The position numbers and the translations under genes were made by a program. The notes beneath the pieces were generated by a model. The model did no database searches and had not been told where the DNA came from. It saw only the letters and a list, made by a program, of their open reading frames with translations. Below, piece after piece: positions 10,367 to 20,817 of a stretch of DNA of 64,000 bases. Every line of letters begins with the position of its first letter. Within the stretch, counting starts at the first letter, position 1. Source of the stretch: Alphaproteobacteria bacterium (lineage in GTDB: Bacteria > Pseudomonadota > Alphaproteobacteria > JANSWW01). The stretch spans positions 4,256 to 68,255 of the forward strand of contig JANSWW010000007.1 in the NCBI GenBank assembly GCA_024743275.1, given 5' to 3'.

Positions 10367-12444
10367 TGGAAATCGCCGACTATCATGCGGACCTGCTCGC
10401 ATCCGTCGCCTCAAGGTCCGAGGCGGCGGGGCTCTCATGGCGTGAGGGCTTTGTAACAGAAATGCTGGAACGGTTGCGTGACGGCAGTGAAGTGCCTGAC
10501 GCCGAGGTGTGCATTGAGCAGCTGAACGGCCCCAAGAACCGCAGGCTTCTTATCGACGCCTATGCCGAGGATGAGGCGGACAACAGCTTGCATCTCTTTG
10601 TCTGCCTTCCGCATGGAGAGAAGGGACCACCGGTACTCATTCCGTCCGAGGCCCGAGATCAGGGCTTTGTTCGCCTGCGCAATTTCTTGGACGCGGCACA
10701 GGCTGGCTGGGTGCGAGACAACATCGAAGAGAGCAGGCCCGCCTGGGCGCTGGCGCAACTTATCCGACGCCGCAATTTCAGCGCAGTACGCCTGCACATC
10801 CTGACGGATCGTCCCCTAAGTGAACGTCTGAAATCCATACCGGACGACACGACGGAGGATGGCGCCGTCATCACCTTCCAGATCTGGGACCTCACTCGTC
10901 TCAAACGTATCCACGACGCCCTCTCGGTGCGCGACGACCTGGAAGTGGATCTTTCGGAATGCGGCGGCGGCGGCCTGAAGGCTCTCCGTGCAACCAACGG
11001 AGATGAGGACTATGACGCCTACCTCGGCGTGATCGCAGCGGAGGATCTCGCGCGCATCTACATTCGCTACGGCAGCAGACTGCTTGAAGGCAACGTCCGT
11101 ACATTCCTTGGGCGGCGTGGGAATGTGAATAAGGGAATTCAGAAGACCCTGAACGAAGAGCCGTCGCGCTTCTTCGCCTATAACAACGGGATTGCCGCAA
11201 CCGCGTCCGGCGTGGAGATGGTCGAGGACGGGAACGGCGTCCTGGTCACTAAGGCGACGGACTTGCAGATAGTGAACGGTGCCCAGACGACCGCATCGCT
11301 CGCATCGGCATTACGTGACAAGAAGCTTCCGGAAGGAAACGTCTACGTGCCGGTGAAGCTCTCTGTGGTTTCAACGGAAGCGGCCGAGGAACTGATACCC
11401 CTTATCTCCCGCTACGCCAATAGTCAGAACGCGGTGCGGCAGAGCGACTTCTTCGCGAACCACCCATTCCACAGGCGCGTGGAGGAGATGTCCCGGCGCT
11501 TGCTGGCTCCTGCGACGGACGGAAGTCAGGTTCAGACGCACTGGTATTATGAGCGAGCCAGAGGTCAGTATTTGAACGACCAGGCGGGCCTAACCAGCAG
11601 CCAGAAATCGAAGTTCGTGGTCATGAACCCGAAAAAGCAGGTCATCACGAAGACCGACTTGGCCAAGGTGGAGACCTGCTTCGCTCTTCTGCCGGATACG
11701 GCCTGCCGCGGGGCCGAGAAGGCCTTCATCGAGTTCGCCAAGACGATCACCGACTTGTGGAAGGATGAGCAGCGGCGGGCAGAGTTCACCGACGACTGGT
11801 TCAAGTCGGCGGTCGCGCACGTTATCCTCTTCCGTCTGACCGAGAAGATCGTCTCAGGAGCCGAATGGTACGAAGGTGGTTACAGGGCGCAGATCGTCGC
11901 CTACGCCTGCGCTCGAATGGCAAAGCTAGCGAGCGAAGTTTCGGATGGAGGTCGCCTCGACTACCGGCGTATCTGGGGTCTTCAGGGTGTCGACGCTGCA
12001 TTCAAGCGGCAGATCGATTTGACGGCGGAGACGATGTCCCACGTCCTGAGGTCGCCGCCGCGAGAGGGACAGAACATCGGAGAATGGGCGAAACAGCAGG
12101 CTTGCCGGAGCATGGCCCTCGGCACTGACGTGGAGATCGTGAGGGGCTTCGAGGCGTGGGGCGTTGACAAGCACACCGCAAGGACTGAACGACGGGAACA
12201 GCGAGCCGTCGGCGCTATCGATGAAGACCTCAGGGCGATGGAGACGGTGCTCCAGACCTCGCCCGAGGTCTGGGATTCACTTCGCCATTACGCGCGAGCC
12301 CGGCGGCTACTTGGTCCGAGAGACGAGGCCGCGCTCAGTGCCGCCTGCCTTGAACGCGGTCGCCCCCCGAATGAGAATCAAGCGCAGGCCCTCATAGCCT
12401 TGTTGAAGCGAGCCGAGGATACTGGATGGGTGCCACCACAGTGA
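10366..12444 (+). CDS. AIPR-family (abortive-infection phage-resistance-like) protein
   Basis: Conserved FFAYNNGIAATAS...LQIVNGAQTTASL block. Start overlaps the upstream stop (TGATG). Confidence 0.7.
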   Translation: MEIADYHADLLASVASRSEAAGLSWREGFVTEMLERLRDGSEVPDAEVCIEQLNGPKNRRLLIDAYAEDEADNSLHLFVCLPHGEKGPPVLIPSEARDQGFVRLRNFLDAAQAGWVRDNIEESRPAWALAQLIRRRNFSAVRLHILTDRPLSERLKSIPDDTTEDGAVITFQIWDLTRLKRIHDALSVRDDLEVDLSECGGGGLKALRATNGDEDYDAYLGVIAAEDLARIYIRYGSRLLEGNVRTFLGRRGNVNKGIQKTLNEEPSRFFAYNNGIAATASGVEMVEDGNGVLVTKATDLQIVNGAQTTASLASALRDKKLPEGNVYVPVKLSVVSTEAAEELIPLISRYANSQNAVRQSDFFANHPFHRRVEEMSRRLLAPATDGSQVQTHWYYERARGQYLNDQAGLTSSQKSKFVVMNPKKQVITKTDLAKVETCFALLPDTACRGAEKAFIEFAKTITDLWKDEQRRAEFTDDWFKSAVAHVILFRLTEKIVSGAEWYEGGYRAQIVAYACARMAKLASEVSDGGRLDYRRIWGLQGVDAAFKRQIDLTAETMSHVLRSPPREGQNIGEWAKQQACRSMALGTDVEIVRGFEAWGVDKHTARTERREQRAVGAIDEDLRAMETVLQTSPEVWDSLRHYARARRLLGPRDEAALSAACLERGRPPNENQAQALIALLKRAEDTGWVPPQ

Positions 12445-12494
12445 GCCCGGTTTAGCGACGCGGCGGGGTGTGACACGAAACCTTAGCCGAACCG

Positions 12495-12698
12495 GTGGGA
12501 GGTCTCCCCGCCGCGCCGACACCGCCCGGCCACGACGTCGGCGCCGAGAACTGGGGCGTCATCGCTTCCCTGATCGAGACCGCGAAGCTCAAAGACATTG
12601 AGCCTCACGCCTATCTGACCCAAACCCTCGAAGCCATCGTCAACGGCCACAAGCAGCGAAACATCGACCAACTATTGCATTGGAAGTACACCGCTTGA
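12495..12698 (+). pseudogene. IS66-family transposase, C-terminal remnant only
   Basis: WGVIASLIETAKLKDIEPHAYLTQTLEAIVNGHKQRNIDQLLHWKY matches the conserved C-terminus of IS66 TnpC. The element end with GTAAGCG-type terminus (CGCTTAC on the + strand) is at ~12727-12733. Confidence 0.6.
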
Positions 12699-12744
12699 GA
12701 TGCCGTGGGGCAGAACATCGCTTACCTGGAGACCAGCAGACGTC

Positions 12745-12769
12745 AGATCGTAGCTTGCGTCACTGTCCG
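12745..12769 (+). repeat. Solo IS3-type terminal inverted-repeat copy (left-inverted-repeat-like) with no adjacent transposase
   Basis: TCAGATCGTAGCTTGCGTCACTGTC is the reverse complement of the sequence just downstream of the IS3 orfB stop (GACAGTGACGCAAGCTACGATCAGA at ~2914-2938). Identity is 24/25. Confidence 0.45.
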
Positions 12770-12918
12770 ATTTTTGCGGGGTAGCTCGAATTCGTAGCCG
12801 TAGCGGACAGCGTTGGTCTACGTACTTCCAGAGATATCATTGGAGGTAAGCTCTATAGAGCTGGTGTCGATGTGGGTTCCCATGCAATCTTTGATTTTGT
12901 GACAATTTCAATAGACTT

Positions 12919-14133
12919 GTGTGGCCTATGATCTTTCACCACTTCGAAATCGGGAAGATCAGTTTCGATGTCGTAGACGGAAGTATCTTCGACCTTGGGG
13001 CTGACGTGATCGTAAGCAGCGAAAACACTCGTTTTGACATGGCTTCGCCAGACGCTCCGTCTGTCAGCGGCCAGTTGAGTGGCATCTGCGGTATGCCGTT
13101 GCAACACGCATTGTATGAGCAAACCGATGGCGGTGTCATGCCCGCCGGGACTATCATTAAAACTAATGGATTCGGGGCTGCGAGACAGATTTACCACCTT
13201 GGTATTCATCAGCCAGGTCAATGGCTAGATGATGCCGAAGATCGAGATACCCGCGAAACAGAATATGTAGACCTTATTTCGGCGTGGGTGTCAGATATCC
13301 TAGAGCAGTTTGCGGCGTCGACGCACGGCTCAATTGCACTTCCGCTCGTCGGCTGCGGAGTGTTTGGGATTTCACCCACATTGATGGGCCGCCAGATCCT
13401 GCGACGCGTCATTGAAGCCTCAGGTAAACCTGCAATGCCGCCTGGCAAACGCATCATGCTGGCTATCCAAGAGCCAGCATCCACCCAACGGGTGCTTGAT
13501 GACATTTTCCAGAGTGTTCTAGACCTCCAAGCTCCAGCAGACCTGCCCGACCTCAGGATCGGTATTGAGCCGATCGACCATTATGTGGACACGAAAGTAA
13601 CAGGTACGAATGGCCGGTTGGCAGCTTGGAGTCTGTGCAACTACGCAGCGACCTTGACCAGCTTCATGGTTTGCCGGCTTGCCACCTATTTGGGCATCAC
13701 GGAGCCTAAGATGATTTTTCCAAGGACTGGGCCCGTTTCATTTGGGAGTTTCGAAGAAAAAGGGATAGCACTCTCCTCTCAGATCGACGACAGGTCGCCG
13801 GAAGACGTAAAACTTATAGCAAACATCTTGGCTCCAAATACCCCAACTCGCGCAGCGCTCCAACGGATCGTCGCGGACCGCAACAACATTGCCCACGATC
13901 GAGCACATCGCAGCTTAGAAGCGATCACAGAAGACACCCTTACGTTCTCACAACCCAAACGTTGGCGCTCCAACACTCAGAACCCACGTTGTGACGACCT
14001 GTTGGCAAAGCCGTGGGCAGCTCGAACAGAAGGAAACGGCTATACGGGGTTATTCCACCGATATGAAAAAAACGCGCTCTACTACTGCGTTCCTCACACT
14101 GGGCTCTTGTTCAAGCAGGCTCACAGCACATAA
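12919..14133 (+). CDS. Macro-domain protein (ADP-ribose binding/processing fold) with an uncharacterised C-terminal half containing an R-x4-H motif; lower-GC gene
   Basis: N-terminal DGSIFDLGADVIVSSEN..., GTIIKTNGFGAARQIYHLGIHQPG and HGSIALPLVGCGVFGISP resemble macro-domain blocks. C-terminal ...RIVADRNNIAHDRAHRS. Confidence 0.5.
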   Translation: MWPMIFHHFEIGKISFDVVDGSIFDLGADVIVSSENTRFDMASPDAPSVSGQLSGICGMPLQHALYEQTDGGVMPAGTIIKTNGFGAARQIYHLGIHQPGQWLDDAEDRDTRETEYVDLISAWVSDILEQFAASTHGSIALPLVGCGVFGISPTLMGRQILRRVIEASGKPAMPPGKRIMLAIQEPASTQRVLDDIFQSVLDLQAPADLPDLRIGIEPIDHYVDTKVTGTNGRLAAWSLCNYAATLTSFMVCRLATYLGITEPKMIFPRTGPVSFGSFEEKGIALSSQIDDRSPEDVKLIANILAPNTPTRAALQRIVADRNNIAHDRAHRSLEAITEDTLTFSQPKRWRSNTQNPRCDDLLAKPWAARTEGNGYTGLFHRYEKNALYYCVPHTGLLFKQAHST

Positions 14134-14211
14134 ACACTCAAAATTTTGCAAGTTTCCTGTGCGCTGAACCCATTCTCTGGGCCGCCGGTTTCTGGAAAAC
14201 CGGCGCTTGGG

Positions 14212-14679
14212 TCATGACGGCGGGTCGGATGCGCCGTCTCGGTACGCCAGTGCGATCGGGACTATATAGCCGATCGCACTGTGCGGACGATCCTCGTTAT
14301 AGAACCTGCGCCAAGCCTCCATTTTTTCTCGGGCATCTGCAAGCGTCATGAACCAGTGGACGTTCAGACACTCCTGGCGGAATTTGCTGTTAAAGGCTTC
14401 GATGAACGCATTGTCCGTCGGCTTGCCGGGTCGGGAGAAGTCGAGGGTGACGGCATTCGCATAGGCCCATAGATCCAGGTCCCGAGAGACGAACTCGCTT
14501 CCTTGATCCACGCGGATTGTCTTTGGGACACCATGAACAGCGCAGACATTATCCAGGGTTCTGACAACATCTTCGCCCCGATAGCTGAACAACGGATCGA
14601 GCGCCGGGCAAAACCGGGACCAGGTGTCTACGATGGTCAGCACCTTTAACTGTGAATCGGCGTCGGCAGTTGACCCCAA
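14212..14679 (-). pseudogene. IS3-family (IS407-group-like) transposase OrfB, C-terminal integrase-core fragment
   Basis: ...LDFSRPGKPTDNAFIEAFNSKFRQECLNVHWFMTLADAREKMEAWRRFYNEDRPHSAIGY. No OrfA and no N-terminal part are present. Confidence 0.65.
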
Positions 14680-14839
14680 TCGGCGTCAGATTGACCCCCG
14701 GGCCGCGAATATAGGTTGATGAAAACAAGGCGCTAAACCCCCAGTGCCCCCTTGCCGATAGGGGTCATCCCGGTGTGCCGGTTCACAGTGGAAATGCCAA
14801 ATTAATCCAAAGGTCGCGCCATACGGGCAGTTGCACCCT

Positions 14840-15052
14840 TCACCAAGGTCGCGGTCTCGGGATGATGATAACCAGATCTGACCTTGATCGGCCGGTGCGC
14901 GCAGATTTCGGATTGGGTTTCTCTTCATCTCTCTCAATCGAGAGATAGAGGTCAACAGCTGCGATGCTGACATCGATGGTGTCAAGCCAGGGGCCGCCCT
15001 TTGCACTACCAATCAGCACTGCCAATGCCCCCATGACTCCGACGAGTGTCAA
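14840..15052 (-). CDS. Small hypothetical protein (hydrophobic N-terminus, C-terminal IIIPRPRP). Paralog of 17432..17677.
   Basis: Shares IAA(V/I)DLYL(S/A)(I/L)E...(I)IIIPRPRP with the second small ORF on the other side of IS21. Confidence 0.3.
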   Translation of the reverse strand: MTLVGVMGALAVLIGSAKGGPWLDTIDVSIAAVDLYLSIERDEEKPNPKSARTGRSRSDLVIIIPRPRPW

Positions 15053-15170
15053 CGCCGGTTGGAAAGTGGCCCACCTGGCCGATTGAAACGGGACCCACCT
15101 GAGCGCTGAGCAGGCCGGGGCGTGCGGAGACCCTATGTATCGGAGTGCGGCCCGGCCTGCGGTGGTTGGG

Positions 15171-16972
<1,802 letters not shown>

Positions 16973-17431
16973 CTGCTCTCCCCGTCTTTGGGGAGAACCG
17001 TAACAGGCGGGTCCCTTTCCAGCCGGCGACCCGGGTCACTTTTACATCGGCGCTAACAATACGAAAGAGACAGGATTTTGACATTTCTGAAGGGCTGCCT
17101 TACTGCGGAGTACGTAGTCCTCAACCCACCTTTGCCGATCATCTATAGGATTGCGGAAGACGGGTCGAGAACCTGTGTTGAGGACTTCAGTACCAACGCC
17201 GATGAGCGGGAAGACCCTCTTGAAGGGCGCAGTTTTGAAGATGTATACCGCTTGTGGGGAACAAGGCCCGCCGAAGGGGGCTAGGCGGAGATTTCCTTCC
17301 GGGAAACTTAGCCCCCAGGGTCAGAATTGAGGCGGTCCCGTGGGCGCGACCGAATGATAGGAGCCCAAGTCTTCCGAGTCCTCCTTGTCACCTCTAACTA
17401 GGTGCTTTCTTGGCCAATTCCATGATTGCAC

Positions 17432-17677
17432 TCATTCTGGGCGTGGCCTAGGTATAATGATGATTGCGGATCCTGAAGGATTGGTTGGCGAAGGCGCGAA
17501 ATTGTCATGGTCGTTTCCAGCCTCAAGTGCGAGGTACAAATCAATCGCTGCGATGCCGACGCCGATACCATCCAAAATGTGATCAGCCTTCGTCTTTGCT
17601 ACAGAAGCGCCTAGTATGCCAATTATGATCGCCAATGGCCGTAAAACTGGGCGTGTAAACCTCATTGCTATCTCCAA
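17432..17677 (-). CDS. Small hypothetical protein, paralog of 14840..15052
   Basis: ...GIAAIDLYLALE...SAIIIIPRPRPE. Confidence 0.3.
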   Translation of the reverse strand: MEIAMRFTRPVLRPLAIIIGILGASVAKTKADHILDGIGVGIAAIDLYLALEAGNDHDNFAPSPTNPSGSAIIIIPRPRPE

Positions 17678-17794
17678 ACTCGTTTGAATTTGAGATAGCC
17701 AAACCTCGCTCGATCGGACGGAAAGCCGGCAGTCAGCTCGTAACGCTGAATTGCCGGGTTCCTAAGCCTCAAAAGCTAGGCGGATTGGTGCCCA

Positions 17795-18175
17795 CTAAAA
17801 ACCAAAAGCGGGCGGTGTCGGCTCACGATCAAGCTGAAAAGATCGGAGCAGGTCATAAGAATCGACAAGGAGAACAATATCGGCCTGTGTCTCGGCGGCA
17901 AACTCCTGATTCATTGCATCGAAATCATCGGGGTTTTCAGACATTCTCCTTCGCACCCAATAGGTCAGTCCTTTGTGGCCGGCTTCGAGCAGGGTCAAAG
18001 GCACGTCGCCTAGGTCGCCGTTCATATCCGCGCGGGTTAGTGCGGCCGTGGTCGCAGTGTAGCGCGCAAGCAGCACCGCATTGGGCATCTTAGAAACTGA
18101 GACGGCTTTGAATCCTGGTGGAATATCCGCCGAGTTAAGCGGGGCGGCGATGAGAATTGGTCCTTCAAATTTCAT
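17795..18175 (-). CDS. Hypothetical protein (126 aa), lower-GC, 4-nt overlap with the upstream gene
   Basis: ORF only; no recognised motifs. Confidence 0.4.
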   Translation of the reverse strand: MKFEGPILIAAPLNSADIPPGFKAVSVSKMPNAVLLARYTATTAALTRADMNGDLGDVPLTLLEAGHKGLTYWVRRRMSENPDDFDAMNQEFAAETQADIVLLVDSYDLLRSFQLDREPTPPAFGF

Positions 18176-19281
18176 TGGACTTTTCCTTTCTGTCTTTTTG
18201 GGAGAAGGTCGGCTTCATCGAAAGCATGCTTCGCCTCGGACAAGAATGAGGCGAAGGCGTGGAAATCTCGATTAGCGTTTGCCGGGCGGCGACCCAACCG
18301 CTTGGCCACGTCGGCCGGTCCGAATCTTGGAAGCTCCATGAGGGGGAAAGGTGCTTGCTCGAAGGCTTGCTGGATCGCAAGCGGTAGAGGTCTAAAAATC
18401 CCTGTCTTCCAGCCAGCGCCTGTTGCAGGGGCACGCAAAATCTCTAAGTGGCTCGATCGTCTCGCCTGAAGAGTGTCGCGCGCGCTCACGACGTTGATCA
18501 GACTGAGCCGTTTGATGCTTGGCTCTATGGCCTCAAGCAAGCGAGCTGTGAATTGGTCGAAGGAGGTCATGTCGGTGTTGTGTGGCACGAACCAAACGAC
18601 GCTCGTGGTCGATACCAGTTCGACTAACCTTCGTTTGATATGATCGACCAGGTTCCGCGGCCGCAGACAAACGAGGCGGATACGCGGAAGGGAGGTAGAA
18701 CGCGGGACAGTTTCACCGTGCTTTGGTCCTGCCTCGGCGGAGTTGGCTGCGCACTGCCGTGCCATCACCGTGAGCCCATGGCACTGTTCTGCAGCTAAAT
18801 CACCTTGGAACTCAATAGATAGCGCGACTCCTTTCGACTTCAGGCTGGCTACCAAGGCGGCGACCACGCTGGTGATCCCATCCAACGCGGGATCGATAAC
18901 GCAAATCATCGTGGCCGGCTCGATCGCCCCGTCGGTAGACCTCGGGGCGCTACGAGGGGCGACCACGTCGGGGGCCTGATTGTGCGCCTCGTCTGTCGGC
19001 GTGTGATGTTGGCCCTTCGAGGCTTGGCTAGATGTTGTCATGCACCTGCGCTGCCTAGCCCGAGTCGCAGCCCCGGACAACGTCTTCGCGGGGTATGGCC
19101 CATCGGCTCGACCTATGCCGAACTCGTAAAAGAGACGTGCCGAGAGAGCGGCCCAAGTTCCAGATTCAGTCTTCAGCGCATCAAGGGTATCGAGATTTCC
19201 TTCGAAGAGTTCCTGGACGGTGGGCTGGCGACCGTCTGCATAGTTTCCAAGGTACGTGTGAAGGCGCGTCGATGGGCTCAT
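18172..19281 (-). CDS. Hypothetical protein (~370 aa; ORF extends to 19386, likely start MSPSTR at 19281)
   Basis: ORF with a possible Rossmann-like segment MICVIDPALDGITSVVAALVASLKSKGVALSIEF. Function unknown. Confidence 0.4.
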   Translation of the reverse strand: MSPSTRLHTYLGNYADGRQPTVQELFEGNLDTLDALKTESGTWAALSARLFYEFGIGRADGPYPAKTLSGAATRARQRRCMTTSSQASKGQHHTPTDEAHNQAPDVVAPRSAPRSTDGAIEPATMICVIDPALDGITSVVAALVASLKSKGVALSIEFQGDLAAEQCHGLTVMARQCAANSAEAGPKHGETVPRSTSLPRIRLVCLRPRNLVDHIKRRLVELVSTTSVVWFVPHNTDMTSFDQFTARLLEAIEPSIKRLSLINVVSARDTLQARRSSHLEILRAPATGAGWKTGIFRPLPLAIQQAFEQAPFPLMELPRFGPADVAKRLGRRPANANRDFHAFASFLSEAKHAFDEADLLPKRQKGKVQ

Positions 19282-20051
19282 GGCTGCAGTCCTCGTTGAG
19301 GTGAGATTTGGGTGGGGGCACAGTCCTCGTCTGCAGAGGGAGAGTCGGGCCTGGGTATAGGGACTATGGACCGAGTGCGCATACATTCGCCTGCAGTGGG
19401 CACTGCGGCTAACGAAACAGGTTTAGGGTCAGAGGATTGCAGTACCGGCTGCAGTGGTTCGACAGGCTGCAGTTGAGAAACTTTGCGGCTCTCCGCAGCG
19501 GCCTCCGGTCGAGGCATCGGTTGCCTGGCGACGCCAAAATCGTTTGCGTCGGTAAGCCGGAGCGACTGCCAGTATTCGCGCACTGCGCGATGAAACCGCA
19601 CTCGGATTCGATTCAGTGGAATCGAGCGTCCCGTCAAAGGATGCGGCAGCGCAATTGCGGCGTGAAGGTGCCAGACACCGGTAGAACCGTCCGGCGCATG
19701 CAGTGCAGTCAACATGATACGATCACTGCAGTCGATGGCAGCGGCGCCGGCGAGGAAGGCACTGAGCAGTGCCTGATGCAACTGATTGACAGAGCTCTTG
19801 TTAGGCATCGGCGACAGAACGGCATTGAGCGCTTTGTACCGCAGATTTTTGTTATCCGCCGCGGCCTCGAAAATCGAAATCGCAGTGCCAGCGTCGAGCA
19901 CGACCGACGGGTCAATACCTGTGTTCAGCAGCGTTACAGCGCCAGTTCGACGCCCGACGCGTTCGTCGGACATTGCGCCGCGGACGTTATAGCGGGCAGC
20001 ACGCGCCGCGCTGCGATGGAAGCTTAATCGCGTGATCATTTGCGGCTCCAC
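19278..20051 (-). CDS. Putative MobA/MobL-like relaxase domain protein
   Basis: N-terminal MITRLSFHRSAARAARYNVRG resembles relaxase motif I. STGVWHLHAAIALPHP carries an H-x-H metal motif like relaxase motif III. Sits directly downstream of a MobC-like gene. Confidence 0.4.
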   Translation of the reverse strand: MEPQMITRLSFHRSAARAARYNVRGAMSDERVGRRTGAVTLLNTGIDPSVVLDAGTAISIFEAAADNKNLRYKALNAVLSPMPNKSSVNQLHQALLSAFLAGAAAIDCSDRIMLTALHAPDGSTGVWHLHAAIALPHPLTGRSIPLNRIRVRFHRAVREYWQSLRLTDANDFGVARQPMPRPEAAAESRKVSQLQPVEPLQPVLQSSDPKPVSLAAVPTAGECMRTRSIVPIPRPDSPSADEDCAPTQISPQRGLQP

Positions 20052-20422
20052 CGGGTCAGGCCCGCGTTTGAGATCGCGGCCGATAGTTCCCCGCCAACGT
20101 GCGGTCCATGGAGCCTGACGAGCTCCGATTGGCAGGTTGACGCCAGCGCCCTCAGCGTTTGCGGCGAGACCGTCAGGTCTTGCGGGCGTGCCTCTAAATG
20201 ACGCACGGCCCTGAGAATTGTTAGTAGTAGACCAAGGTCACTATGCAACGGGAGCGGGTGGCCCGCGACAACCCAGGTCGGGTCCTGGTGGTGGAGAGCT
20301 AAACCCAACTTCACAAGATCAACCACGGTGCGGCTGAACTCCCCCGGTCGAGCACATAGCGCCTCAACCGAGTTCTCAACTTCGGGGGGAAACCGAAGGG
20401 TGCGGGGGCGGCTATTCGGCAT
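20036..20422 (-). CDS. MobC-like ribbon-helix-helix mobilisation accessory protein (start taken at MPNSRPRTL)
   Basis: RTLRFPPEVENSVEALCARPGEFSRTVVDLVKLGL resembles MobC/RHH relaxosome proteins. Confidence 0.4.
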   Translation of the reverse strand: MPNSRPRTLRFPPEVENSVEALCARPGEFSRTVVDLVKLGLALHHQDPTWVVAGHPLPLHSDLGLLLTILRAVRHLEARPQDLTVSPQTLRALASTCQSELVRLHGPHVGGELSAAISNAGLTRWSRK

Positions 20423-20594
20423 CTGCCTGCCCTCCAGCGATGAATTCGTTGATAGCAGATTGCCGCCACCGCGGGCGGCGCAAACAGCGGATTGGGGGCG
20501 GGAAATCACCTCGATTCAGGTAGTTGTAGAGGGTGCTGCGTGAGATCCGCAGCGAAGCACACACCTCATTGATGGTCAAAAGTTTATCAACCAT
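20412..20594 (-). CDS. alpA: AlpA-family phage/island regulatory protein (excisionase-like HTH)
   Basis: LLTINEVCASLRISRSTLYNYLNRGDFPPPIRCLRRPRWRQSAINEFI. Confidence 0.7.
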   Translation of the reverse strand: MVDKLLTINEVCASLRISRSTLYNYLNRGDFPPPIRCLRRPRWRQSAINEFIAGGQADAE

Positions 20595-20817
20595 AGAGAC
20601 ACCTCAGTGGAAACGTTTGGTTCTTCACTGGTATCTCGTAGATTCTGTTTTCATGCGCCAAAAAGTTTACGATCACCGCTTTGAAGTGTTCAGCCCAGCA
20701 TTATACGCTCAAAGGTAGTTTTGTGTTATTCTGCCGTAAAATCAATCGCTTATGATATTACCCGAACGTTCTGTAATATTTCGAAAAAACCGCATGCAAC
20801 CCAGGGAATAGTAGCGC

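Noticed and set aside
17078-17284. 68-aa ORF just outside the IS21 right end
   Set aside because: It is short, has no ribosome-binding site I could see and no recognisable features. It may be the target gene disrupted by IS21, but that is unsupported.
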